Of a DNA stretch of 64,000 nucleotides, positions 36,669 through 49,148 are shown one piece after another. This stretch comes from Ginglymostoma cirratum (Eukaryota). A model generated the notes under the pieces. That model was given only the letters and a program-made list of their open reading frames with translations, had not been told where the DNA came from and did not search any database. Numbering within the stretch: the stretch's first letter is position 1; each line of letters opens with the position of its first letter. Location of the stretch: NCBI GenBank assembly GCA_024137785.1, contig JAHRHZ010000222.1:31109996-31173995 (forward strand). Reading direction: 5' to 3'. Made by a program: the position numbers and the translations under genes.

Positions 36669-39600
36669 ATTAGCCAGGGCTCCCTGATTGGGGCTGTTAA
36701 TCTGGTCCAAGCAGGGAACTTATATTCTATGAAGTCCACCTGGCTGACCTCGTTACAATCACTACAGATGCCATGCTTTAATGATTTAATTCAGAAGACA
36801 GCATGGAATTTGCATGCTCTCTGTGGTATAACAAATGATGTCTGCTCATCTTGAATTGGAGTCCTTGTGCCCCATTTGTGGGCCTCTGACAATTTTTCTG
36901 CCAACTTGACTCCATCTATCTTCCCAGAAGTACATTGATTTACTCTAATTCTTTGAGATCCTTGATAACACTTGGTTTTCTGGTGCTAACATGTGTTTAG
37001 ATTTTTGTGCAAAATGCATTTACTTCCTAACTGTATGTGAAAAGAACATAGAAATCACTGGGATGGGGATCAGCACAATGCAGTGATTATTCTTTCAGGG
37101 CTTACTATTGACAACTACAAAAAATAGACATAATTGTTCATCAGATTTGTTGAATTCTCAGAGGTTCGTTTCATTATCCACAAGACAGGGGGTCATTTTT
37201 AATTAACCTTCTTGTAACCAACTGAGGGATGAGGTGAAAAGGGAGTTGAGCAGTTCATTCCCCCCTCAGCCAGGAGCTTGACAATTTGGCGAATCCTTTC
37301 TGGAACGGTAATAATTTGGGGAACTTCACCCGCAAACTGGTCAAATCACATGGAATCTTTCTTGCTGTTACAGCCTGGTGTTGCTGTGTAAAATTCAAAG
37401 GAAATTCAAGATTACTGAAACGTTCTCCTCTCCCATTTTGAATATTGGTATTATACAGACCAGCAAGCAGATAAAGTTTAATTTAGTGATTTCCAAAATT
37501 TCACCAAAGAGTTTGCTCATCCAGAAAGAAGAACCAGTAAACCTGCTAAATGAGAACTACTGGTCTGACACATCTTGTATATTTCAAATGGAGCTCCATT
37601 ATGACCATTTACAAATAATATTGTTTACTTACTAGCTTTCTCCCTCCAGTCAGGGAATCAACTGTTAAAATCCAGCCTTTTCCTGTGGGCCTCAAAGACA
37701 TTATATGTGGACCACTGCCTGATGACTTGTGGTCAAAGATGTTTTCCAACGTAAACTTTTCACTAAGAGGTGAATGATGTGGCACATCCCACTGAATGGC
37801 GTGCTTTGCAGCAATGGCACAGAGACGTCATTCACAGTACTGGACACAGAGAGAATCTCAGCTTAAAGCAATACTGTGTTTGTGAACTGAAGGTCTGCCA
37901 TTGTTTAAAGCAGCCACTATTGAAGCCATCATGATTGAGGCCAAGGCCAGCAGTAGCACTTCAACAATTAGAGGTGGTGTCATGTATATCCCTAATCCTC
38001 CTCACATCTGCTTCTCTCTTAATCTTTAATCCACAAGCTTTTTTTTTAATTTCAAAGCTACAGTTGGTCTAAGCATCATCTCTTATATTATCCCTATCCT
38101 CATCACAAATTTTGTCCTTTCAGGTACCATGAAATTCAACCTGAGCAGGCAGTGGAGGAACAGACGTAGATGGAAGCCAAAGAAGGAAGATAATTATCAA
38201 GCAGAAACGCAATCATGCAGCCCAGAGGAAACCAATGATCAACTAACCTGAAAGTGGTTGATGATACCTTGAAACAGCAGCAGTGGGGGTTCAGGTTCAT
38301 CTTCCTGCTGCTGAATATGTGTATAGCTGTGTGAAGTTATTTATGAGAGGGAGTTCGTTGGAGCCTTCAGAAAATAGCACTGCAAGAGACATAGCAATAC
38401 TATATTGTGCCAAGCTCTGCCTACTCTACATAACCACTGGTCAATGCTTACTGCTCCTGTGCCATTGCCCTTGCCAAATTGGCACCTGGCAATGACATGT
38501 CTGAGAAGCATGAACACCTGGCACTAATACCCTTTTGTTTCAAAAACACGTCCATAATGTCATAGGTACAGACATCATGCAACTGCATTTTGCAAACAGT
38601 GCGATATTCAACAGTTAACACTAGCAATAAGTGAGTCTAACATTTGAATATTAAGGGCTTTGTGGAGGACATTGCCTTTACTTAGACATGGAACAGAGGT
38701 GGTCTCCTTTCTTCTCAGGACCAATGTTGCTTGGGGCTCCTGCAGCAGTTGCAAGTTGAGAGGAAAACAAAAGCAGCTTAAGGGATTTTAAAGTCATTCA
38801 TTACCACGCCATCTGGTATCACAGGAGAAAAATGGCATTTAATGCTACAGCCAACTATTTATCAAATATCTTCTGCCAAGAAGTGGTAAAAAATGTCATG
38901 GTCAGCTTGCTGACTTTCTCGAATGAAATGGAATACAGTCACTTTAATAAAGTGTGGAAAATACATTGATCGATTGTAACAGCAAATTGTGAGTGCTATT
39001 AATTTTCTTCTTATCTAAACCAGTCAAATGATTTTGGACTGGGCTGGACTAACAGACAGCCTCATTCACACCTTTATTAATAGCTAAATACAGATTGGCA
39101 ACCTGTATAATTCTTGTGGCATTAGTTAGAAGAGCTTCAAAATTACATTTGTATTTCTGAATTTCAGAAACCACGGATAAGCAAGTCTGCATTTAACAAA
39201 AACATTCTCTTTAATATGACAGTTAATGGACTCTATATTTTCATGTTCATGTTTATATAATCATTCATACTTTATATTGACTGACATTTTAAATATTATT
39301 AATTATTCCGCCAACTAACTATCGTCTTGAAGAGGATTTCATCCGACATTCTTATTGTCTAATCATCTTCGATGTAATTCCCCATGGGGATATATTTGGG
39401 GCATTTGAGTTCACACAATGTATTTTTATCACTTAATTAAAATAAGACAAATGGGTTTTTTTTCTTTAGTTTTTATTCCATCATTCATTTTTAAATGTGC
39501 CATTTATTTTGGCAGAAGGTAACGAATCCCAGTACAGCCTGCACCCTATTACAACAGTGCAAGATGTGAAATTGAATTCTGTGATATTGTGTGTGAAGTC

Positions 39601-39739
39601 GACAACAAAAAACAGAGAGACATCTGCATTCAGTTGGGATCATATATCCTCAGGCAGATTGGCTCATCTGATTAATAGGATAATGTGAGTCATCCACAGA
39701 GATCTCCAGAAATCATTGACTAACCACACAGCAAAGCTC

Positions 39740-39828
39740 TTAGCAGTGTACTGCAAGGAAAACAACAGATCCAGAGGCAATATGATTGTAACCAACTGGA
39801 ACACAAGGGTAATATGCTGTGCCAAATG
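39740..39828 (-). CDS. Candidate terminal coding exon of an upstream gene (VSTM2B-like by synteny); speculative
   Basis: Strong acceptor ttttcctctttccag; phase-1 reading (A)FGTAYYPCVPVGYNHIASGSVVFLAVHC*. Followed by repeat-free AT-rich sequence and AATAAA at ~39073-39078. Confidence 0.25.
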
Positions 39829-40687
39829 CTGGAAAGAGGAAAAATTATTTTCACATACAGGAAAGATTATATAGACCTCAAACTGTACAATCAAGCCCAG
39901 TCACTTACAGTAAAGATTCCACAATACAGATAACAAAGCTAAAGTATAATCCTGAAGAAAAATCATACTAGGGAAAATGAAGATATGTATACAAATGTAC
40001 AAAAATGTCATCTACTGAATTTAGCCTCAGCACTTTTGTGACTTTGTCTGATTAGTTACCAACAAAGTGTAGTAAGGATGTCCAAAGCAGCTACAGTTTT
40101 CTCAGTTTATTAAAGGACAAATACAACATTTTTACATTTGGGCCAGATTTTAGATGATATCACAGATGCTGCTGGAACTTGTACTACAAACTTTGAATAC
40201 ATCAACGACACAGGTCTCACCTCAATGATAGAACATATTATATATTGGGTCCCTAGATGAAAGGCAGCTTATTCATGGACAAGCTATCTGTTACAGTTAT
40301 GCACACTGCAAGGGGCAGGCCTAATTTCTTATTCATATGCATTTTTACGACACACTTTTGTTTATAGTTGAAGCTATAATTCAACAAATGAAATAGAAAA
40401 GTTCCACCTGAGCAACCATGGTGGCTAATTTTCATGCAGTCAAATTGACATTAACAGAGCAGTAACAGCCTCAAAGTGAGCACATGAGAATTATTATCCC
40501 CTAATGCTGAGATCTGGCTACCTTTATTGTTAAAAGGACCTTTTCCCATGGAGCATTGACCAGTTATATCAGTTTGTAAGGATCTTGGCTATGCAAAGCA
40601 GAGCTTTTGTTAGAATTCCAATTGTTATGTGCCATATTCATGAACTGTACCTTATACTTATTATACTGTGTGTCCTGATAACTGTCT

Positions 40688-41007
40688 CATAGAATTCCCA
40701 CAGTGTGGAAACAGGCCCTTCAGCCCAAAAGGTCCACACCGTTCCTCAGAGCATCCCACCCAGACCCATCCCTATAATCCACCTAATCTACACATCCCTG
40801 GACACTATGGGCAATTTAGCATGGCCAATCCACCTAACCTGCACATCTTTGGACTGTTGGAAGAAACCGGAGCACCCGGAGGAAACCCCCGCAGACACAG
40901 AGAGAATGTGCAAACACCACACAGACAGTCGCCCGAGGCTGGAATCAAACCCGGGTCCCTGGTGCTGTGAGGCAGCAGTGCTAACCACTGAGCCACCATG
41001 CCGCCCA
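40688..41007 (-). mobile_element. Well-preserved HE1-like V-SINE
   Basis: gggcggcatggtggctcagtggttagcactgctgcctcacagcaccagggacccgggtttgattcc head (A/B boxes) followed by the V-domain. Confidence 0.9.
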
Positions 41008-41086
41008 CATATCTGTCGCTCTTACTATATTATATCTTGTTGAGTTAGTAGGAACAGAAATGCCTCTTTTATATTTGGAATAATGT

Positions 41087-43740
41087 CATAGAGTCATAGA
41101 GTTGTACAGCATGTAAACAGACCCTTCTGTCCAACTCATCCATGTCGACCAGATATCCTAAATAAATATAGCCCCATTTGACCCATATACCTCTAAACCC
41201 TTCCTAGTTATATACCCATCCAGATGCCTTTTAAATGTTGTAATTGTACCAGCCTCCCCCACTTCTTCTGGCAGCTTGTTCCATACACGCACCACCCTCT
41301 GTGAAAAATTTGCCCCATAGCAGCGTTTTAAATCTTTCCCCTCTCACCTTAAATCTATGCTTTCGAGTTTTGGCCTCCTCCACCTTGGGGAAAAGACCTT
41401 GGCTATTCACTCTATCCATGCCATTTTATAAACTTCTACAAGGTCACTCCTCAGCCTCCGATACTCCAGGGAAAATAGCCCCAGTCTATTCAGCCTCTCC
41501 CTACAGCTCAGAACCTGCAACCCTGGCAACACCCTTGTAAATCTTTTCTGAACCCTTTTAAGTTTCACAACATCCTTCCTATAGCAGGGAGACTAGAATT
41601 GAATGCAATATTCCAGATATGGCCTAACCAATGTCTTGTACAGCCATGACATGACATCCCAACTCATATACTCAATGCACTGATCAATAAAGGCAAACAT
41701 ATCAAACACCTTCTTCACTATTGTCAGAGACAAAAAAGCTGCAGATGCTGGAATCCAGGTAGATAAACAGGAGGCTGGAAGAACACAGCAAGCAGGCAGG
41801 ATCTGGAGGAAAGGAGCAGTCAACGTTTCAGGTATTACCCTTCTTCAGTTGACTGCTCCTTTGCCTGAGATACAGCCTGGCTTTCTGTGTTCTTCTAGCC
41901 TCCTGTTTGTCTACCAAACCTTCTTCACTATCTTGTTTACCTGGGACTCCACTTTCAAGGGACTATGAACTGCACTCCAAGGTCTCTTTGTTCAGCAATA
42001 CACCCCAACACCTTACCATTAAGTGTATAAGTCCTGCCCTGATTTGCCTTTCCATAAGGCAGCACCTCACATTTATCTAAATTAAACTCCATTTGCCATT
42101 CCTCCAACAATTGGCCCAATTGATCAAAATCCCGTTGTACCCTGAGGTAACCTTCTTCGCTGTCCACTACAGCAACAATTTTGGTGTCATATGCAAACTT
42201 ACAAATCATATCTCCTGTGTTCACATCCAAATCATTTACGCAAATGATGAAATGCAGTGGACCCAACACCAAACATCACAGCGCATCACTGGTCACATGC
42301 CTCCAGTCTGAAAAAAAATTCTCCACCACCACCCTTTACCAGTGAGTTAGTTCTGTATCCAAATGGCTAATTCACCCTCTATTCCATGTGATCTAACCTT
42401 GCTAACCAGTCTACCATGAGGAAGTTTGTTGAATGCCTTACTGATGTCCGTATAGATCAGATCCAACCCTCTGCCTTCATTAATCCTCCTCATTATTACT
42501 TCAAAAAACTCAGTCAAATTTTCACCCCCAATCAACTTTTGAAAGTTTTTGCCTAATACCGTCCAAATTGGCCTTCTTCCAATTTAGAACTTTAACTTTT
42601 AGATCTGAGCTATCCTTTTCCATCACTATTTTAAAACTAATAGAATTATGATCACTGGCCCCAAAGTGGTCCTGACACCTCAGTCAGCTGCCCTGCCTTA
42701 TTTCCCAAGAGTAGGTCAAATTTTGCTCCTTCTCTAGTAGGTACATCCATATGCTGAATCAGAAAATATTTTTCTACACACTGAACACATTCCTCTCCAT
42801 CCAAGCCCTTAACACTATGGCAGTCCCAGTCTATGTTTGGAAAGTTAAAATCCCCTACCATAACCATCCTATTATTCTTGCAGATAACTGTGATCTCCTT
42901 ACAAAGTTGTTTTTCAATATCCCGCTGACTATAGTACAATTCCAATAAGGTGATCATCCCTTTCGTATTTCTCAGTTCCACCAAAGTAACTTTCCTGGAC
43001 GTACTCCCAGGAATATCCTCCCTAATGCAACTGTAATGTTATTGCTAATCAAAAATGCCACTCCCCCTCCTCTCTTACCCCCACTTTGTATCCTTCCTAT
43101 AGCTTCTATACCCTAGAACGTTAAGCTGCTGGTCCTGTCTATTCCTGAGCCATATCTCTGTAATTGCTATGATATCCGAATCCCATGTTCTCAATGGCTT
43201 GAGTTCATCTGCCTTATCTGTTAGGCCTCTTACGTTGAAGTAAATGCAATTTAACTTATCAGTTCTACCTCGTTCTTTGCTTTGTTCCTGCCTGCCCTGA
43301 CTATTTGAATTACTCCTTTTCCCAACTGCACTAGTCCCAGACTGATGTATTTTCTCATTATCCCCCTGGGTCCCACCCCTCCTTACTAGTTTAAATCCTC
43401 CCATGCAGCTCTAACAAATCTCCCCATCAGTAAATTAGTCCCCTTCCAATTCAGCTGCAATCCATGCATCTTATACAGGTCAATTCTACCCCAAAAGAGA
43501 TTCCAATGAACCAAAATGTGAATCCTTCTCCCCTGCACCAGCTCCTCAGCCATGCATTCATCTGCTCTATTCTCCTATTCCTACCCTCACTAACTTGTGG
43601 CACCAGAAGTAATCCAGATATTACTACCATCGAGGGCCTGCTTTTTAAAGTCCTGCCTGACTTCCCATATTCTTGCCTCAGAATCTCAACCTTTTCTCTT
43701 CGTATGTCGTTAGTTCCATTATGTACAATGACCTCCTGCT
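41087..43740 (-). mobile_element. CR1/HER1 LINE with endonuclease and RT remnants, internally deleted
   Basis: APE motifs CIYFNVRGLTDKADEL, DIIAITEIWL, VGDFNFPNIDW, DLLLGN; RT motifs KAFNKLPHGRLVSK, VLGP...NDLD, KFAYDTKI. Confidence 0.92.
41722..41917. mobile_element. Mini PLE fold-back nested in CR1
   Basis: 14-bp TSD ACCTTCTTCACTAT at 41708-41721 and 41918-41931. Core CTGAAGA-A-GGGT-AAT-ACCT-GAAAC-GTT on minus at 41822-41848. Confidence 0.85.
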
Positions 43741-44715
43741 GCCCTTTGCTTGCCCCTGTCTGTTCTTAATTGTCTGATATTATATGAGCTGGTAGGCAGC
43801 AGCATGATGCCCATTTAAAGTTTACATCTCACCAGCATGATTTAGATGTAATCCGATCTAAAATGGCTGGAGCTTTCTCAGACAGATGGGTAGCTAAACT
43901 GCTCTACATTCATAAATGAAAATCACCCACCATTTTAGATATCTCTCTCTTCACAGTTGAGGTGTGCCTGTACCCCTTTGAATAATAAGTGTGGATAATA
44001 CCATTCAGAACTTGGCTAATGGAAATTACACGTCTAACACAACAAAGATTGCAACAGCACATACAGTTGACTTGTTCAGCTCATTGAACCTCATTGTGAA
44101 GATGACTACATCGCTGAGGTTAGTTCAATTCCATCACACAATTATGCATAGTAATTCTTCCAGTCAGTTCCCTTGGTGACATTTATCACTTATTGTTTGA
44201 CCACAAATATTCCAAAATATCAACAGAAATAAATACAAAATAAATAACAAAACTTTATAACTATGTGAATTGACTGCAAAACTTGTTCATAAATGAGCTT
44301 CAGAAAGTACATGCCCAATCCCATCGACTGCTCCATTAATTTGTTCCCCACTTTCCACATTAATAGCTATAGGACAATAAATGAGCATAAAGATGTTTAG
44401 TGTTGATGACTAGGTCCATCCAACATTGGGCAACAAGGAACAAATAATACCCTTTCTTCACTGCAACAATTCAGCTACTCCACCACTTCATAATAAAGGG
44501 ACAACAAATTCTTTTAAGTCAGATTAAAAGATCTCCAGCAAAAATCAAAATTGTTTGAGGGAATCATATCGATCCATTGTTGAGCATGATTACTTAGTTC
44601 AAAACAAATAAGCTTCCATTATTCAAAGTCATTTCTGAGCCTTAATTGAGCAATTTCGGTTCAATTTGCAGAACCCGACTTCACCTGATTTGAATAGACT
44701 GCAAGACAACAAATG

Positions 44716-44934
44716 CTACAAAAACAAATTTGCTGGAAAAGCTCAGCAGGTCTGGCTGCATCTGTGCAGGAAAAAAAAAGAGTTAATGTTTTGGGTCTGG
44801 TGACCCTTCCTCAGAACCCCAGTTCTGAGGAGTTCTGTTTTTTCTTCACAGATGCTGCCAGACCTGCTGAGCTTTTCCAGCAACCTTGTTTTTGTTCCTG
44901 ATTTACAGCATCCTCAGTTCTTTTGGTTTTTAGG
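44716..44934. mobile_element. Mini PLE fold-back (same terminal family as 28815)
   Basis: Inverted arms gctggaaaagctcagcaggtctgg / ccagacctgctgagcttttccagc. TSD CAACAAATG at 44707-44715 and 44935-44943. Confidence 0.85.
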
Positions 44935-44954
44935 CAACAAATGATGTTTTGAGG

Positions 44955-45068
44955 GGTGATTTAAGTGCAGTGGTTGTGTTCCTATCTCTGAGCTAGGAGG
45001 CCTGGATTCAAGTCCCAGTTGTTCCAGTGGTGTGCCATAACATCTCTGAACAAGTTGATTAAAAAATA
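44955..45068 (+). mobile_element. Short tRNA-like SINE (related copies at ~45570-45670 and ~61565-61670)
   Basis: gtgcagtggt...ctctgagc..gaggcctggattcaagtccc A/B-box-like head and a shared ctgaaca.gttgatt tail. Confidence 0.55.
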
Positions 45069-48000
45069 CCCAAATGCTGTTTTGCATCCTCCCTGTCTCC
45101 CTAACCTTCCCTCACCTTTGGTGGTCTGTGTTGCTTTTGCCAGGTTTTGCATGTAAATTGATATATTGAAACAGCGACGATTTAGTGGTAGTAGATTAGA
45201 GATGAAAAGTACCCAGATGATGTGTAATGGGAAAAAAAATGCCATTCAGTTGGGGAAGTGATGCCCTAGTGATATTATTGATAGACTATTAATCTAGGCA
45301 CCCAGGCAATGTTCTGAGGACCCGGGTTTGAATCCCATTGTGGTAGATGGTGAAATTTGAATTCATTTAAACTCTGGAATGAAGAGTCTAATGAAGACCT
45401 TGAAAGTGTTGTTGAATGTCCAGGGTGGGGAACAATCTGTTTTGTAATGCCCTTTATGGAAAGAAATCTGGCATCCTTACCTGGGGTCTAGCCTACATGT
45501 GACTCCAAGCCCACAGCAAGGTGGTTGATGCCCACATTACATCAAAACAAATGTTGATTTGGAGCATTCTTGTGGTGAGGTACTTCTCAGCCACAAGGGT
45601 GTGGGTTTATGTCCTGCCTGCTCCAGAGATGTGTTATAACAAGCTGGAACAGGTTGATTCAAAAGATATAAATGCTGAGTTTAGGTAATACAGCAATGGG
45701 GACTGATATATGAGCTAATGGTTTTGGAAGGGTTAATGGTGAAGTTGCATTAGCTTTATCCAACCTGATGAGATCACATAATCTTTGGGTGGAGACAATT
45801 GAAGTCTACACTGGCCTTAGCAGGGAACAGATGTATTTTGTACAACTTCTGAGAGTATTTGGTAATTATGCATGGCTGTTAATAGAAGTTGTATTTGTTG
45901 TAATTTCCTGGCTGTACACTCACTGTCATGCCCTTGCAGCATCTTCATCTTGCATTCTGTTGTCCTGTCTTTTTGCACTTTTTCCTTTCAGCCAGAGATA
46001 CCAGGCTGATTACTATAATGCCATGCTGTTTAGTGTAGATACAATGGAAGTAAGCTTGTCCTGGTTGTTAGCAGGTCTTAGTCAATTGAAAGCTTTTGAT
46101 TAGGGGCTCTCAGTACAGTAAGTCAAGGGCAGCTTCCGATTCCAGTTATGGTCCTGGAAGAAGTCAGTCATTCATTCAGAATGATCAGAGGCAGGATGCT
46201 CTCCACATGAGTGGTGATGAGTTGAATATCAGATGCCCACCATTTGTCTTGAGTCTTTCTGCCTTACTGGGGGCTATTTTCCTCCAAGAATGAGAGAGGC
46301 AGATTTGCAGAGGAATAAAAGTGAATGGCATAGCTATTACTTTTGGTACAGATGGGAGATGTCCTGAGCGAGTGAACAGGCAGCTCAGAGGGCAGGTAAG
46401 GTTAGTGTCAGTGTGGGTAACACCTCCCTGGTTACACTTCTCATAATGCACATTGCCACAATTGAGGTTAGGCTCCACGAGGCATAGTTGCAGAGAACAG
46501 CAAAGAAATTTATATTGGGACTGCAGAATTAGGAAGGTCACAGAATTTATGAGCTGGAAAAGATCAAGTTTGAAAAGTTCTAGTACAAGAGTTTAACAGA
46601 AGAAGAAAGTCAGGAGAAAGTAATGATTTAAACAAATTAGGACTTGGTTTCACAATTTCAGTGGAAGATTTATGAGGATTACAACCAGAGAACTTTATTT
46701 TAAAAAAAAAACTTCAGTGCCAGAAAACGTTCGGTGCGTTAGACTGGAAAGATGGGAAAACAGTATACTTACGAAGGGGGAAGAAAACTCCATCTCAGCT
46801 GCAGGAGCTGGGAAAACCCTGAAAAATTAGGGAAAAGCTGTTCTGCAGGAGGCGATTAATCCCTGTTGTTGTTGGGCTTCTGAATGGGCCTCTCAAATTT
46901 CAAATTTAATGTTGATCTCCCTCTTTGTGTACCTTCCCTGCAGCTTTAACATTGTATTTCTCGCTCTGTTCTATTACCCTTATGTGTTTTGCGTAGCATG
47001 ATCTGCCTGTAATGCACACAAGACAAAATTTTCATTGTACCTAGGTAGGTGTGACAAAAATAAATCAAACCAAAAGGAGACAGCATTACAAAGAAGCAGA
47101 AATTTGAAAGTGGTAAGTCACTACAATACAGCCAATAATACAATGTTAAGCTTTATTGAAGAACTTAAAACATCATTATAACAAAGTCTCGCACAGTTAA
47201 CAAAATTTTAAAAGCTTGAGCACAGGAACACAAACTTAAAGAACAGCAGATTACAAATAGTGTTAAAATGATGCAGATTCTATAAAACTTTACATTAGTA
47301 AGAATTCTTAACCACATTAAGAAGGAATGGAAAGAGAAATGAGTCAGTGTCATCACTGGAACAGCAAAGTTTCACAGATACAGATGATGCCTAGCCATGA
47401 CAAAAGACAGCTACAAGTTTGTAGGTTTAATTCCAGAAGAAAGAATCATGGAACTGCCAAAAAGAGAGAAGAATAACAGGCACAATGTTCAACATAGTAA
47501 AGTAATCTCCTTTCGAGCAAATAACTGAGGCATTTATTGAAAGAATTTGTGATTCCCTCAACTCAAGTTTCACTGAACATGTTTATGTGAATAGAAACCC
47601 TGTTGTTTTTAAGCTTCATATTAGTGCTGAGGTCAATATCCTACCAGACGAGTTAACGCAGCTGAAGAAATAGAATTGATAGCTTTGAGAAACAAAACTA
47701 TATGACATAAGTGTAATAACCATCAAGAGTATATGTATGCTACAATTTGCACTGCAACACACAGCATAAAGTGTTGAAAATGTAGTGTAGTTTATGACCA
47801 ACACTCCTCACTTTGGATCATTTTGCATATTTGGGTCTCACTGTCCTTAACAGGACTGAAAGAGTCTGACTGTTTCCAAGAGAACAACCAGTTAAGGAGC
47901 AACCTGTGGAAAATTTCATGGAGCTTTTTATACTTGTGGAACCCTAGAAAGAGGAAAAAACCATTGAGATGACTTAAGATGGCAGATAAGAAATGTTCAT

Positions 48001-48399
48001 ATGGCCGAGAAGAAACAGTGGTCAGCAAGCCAAGCGAAGCTCAACCAAAGTTGATAGAACACAAGAGTGACCAGGAATGTACCACTATTCACTAACATTA
48101 TGTTGAAGGATGGCCAACTAAGAATTCAGTGAGTTGGCTGAGAACACTTCCTTTATGCACAAACAGCATTTCACAATCATAGATGACTTGCTAGTGTATG
48201 GCAAAGTCAAACTATACCAATTTTTGGACTCACTTTGGCATTGGCAGGTAGCCTCAGTTAGTAGAGTGGTGGCCAGAGATTTCAAAACAGATTGAAGATC
48301 TTATAACTCAATGTGAAACCTATGATTATACAGGATTGTCAGATCCGAAAAACATTCCTATCACCACCAAAGACAGATCAGAAAATCAGAAGATAAAAT

Positions 48400-49148
48400 A
48401 AAGTATAATTAACAGCCACATGTGAAACCAGAAAAATGTGAAAATTCTGAAAGGTGAATGACATAATGAGAACCAAATTTTAAAATATTAAACAAATACA
48501 GGTTGCATGAAGGAGCAAATACTGAGAACAAGGATGAGCAGCTCAATTTATTAGAGCTCATTCAGAAATCCTTATGTTGTTCAGACAGCAGAATCAACCC
48601 TCCAGTGGAGAAATTATCCATGAATAAGAACCAAGGTCAACAGTGCTTAAGCAGAGGACTGATCATTATTCCAACTCCAAAGAGAGTGCACTCTGGGGAA
48701 GTTATGAAACATCCAGGCGACCTGTCTTTTGAAGTCAGAGATTTGGGCAGAACTGGAGTGATGGTAAACATAATATAGTAATATCCATACAGGTTTCTGC
48801 AGTGCATTGAGCCCACCGTTGGAAAACTGGCCAGAGATGGAAATACGTTAGTGAATCGGTTGTATGCCTGTTTTTCAGATTTTCCTGGTTGGTTTGCCAC
48901 CTCCGAACCCCTATCCAAGATACTAGGAAATGTTTCCCTGAGATTAGAAGAGCAAATAGATCTCAGTCTCATAGTATCTAGGTGTTTTCAAAATTAGAAA
49001 AGTTGTAGGCACACTGAAGGACAAAATAGAATTTTCATTAGAATCAATCATATGAAAGTACAGTTAACAGCTGTATGTGAAACCAGAAAAATGTGAAAAT
49101 TCTGAAAGGTAAATGACATAATGAGAACAAAATTTTAAAATGTTAAAC
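48400..49148 (+). repeat. ~94-bp direct repeat pair (48400-48493 and 49055-49148)
   Basis: atgtgaaaccagaaaaatgtgaaaattctgaaaggt.aatgacataatgagaac.aaattttaaaat.ttaaac occurs twice. Confidence 0.85.

Larger units (their letters stand above)
33138..36766 (-). mobile_element. Decayed Gypsy LTR retrotransposon, internally deleted
   Basis: LTR-like repeats at 33138-~33312 and 35887-36766 (TGTAGTG...GTTATTTCA on minus). CpG-decayed PBS gtagcaacaag follows the 5' LTR. Also gag-like LNEILRD, protease MEVNTGTVVSVI (34244), RT LAGGLFFTKLDMSNAYLQL and YLDDVLITG (~33420-33445). Confidence 0.85.

Noticed and set aside
40930-41007. tRNA-like sequence with A/B boxes
   Set aside because: It is the head of a V-SINE, continuing into SINE body; not a tRNA gene.
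46765-46785. ATACTTAC..GGGG resembling the U1 snRNA 5' end
   Set aside because: The match ends after 8 nt; no U1 body or Sm site.
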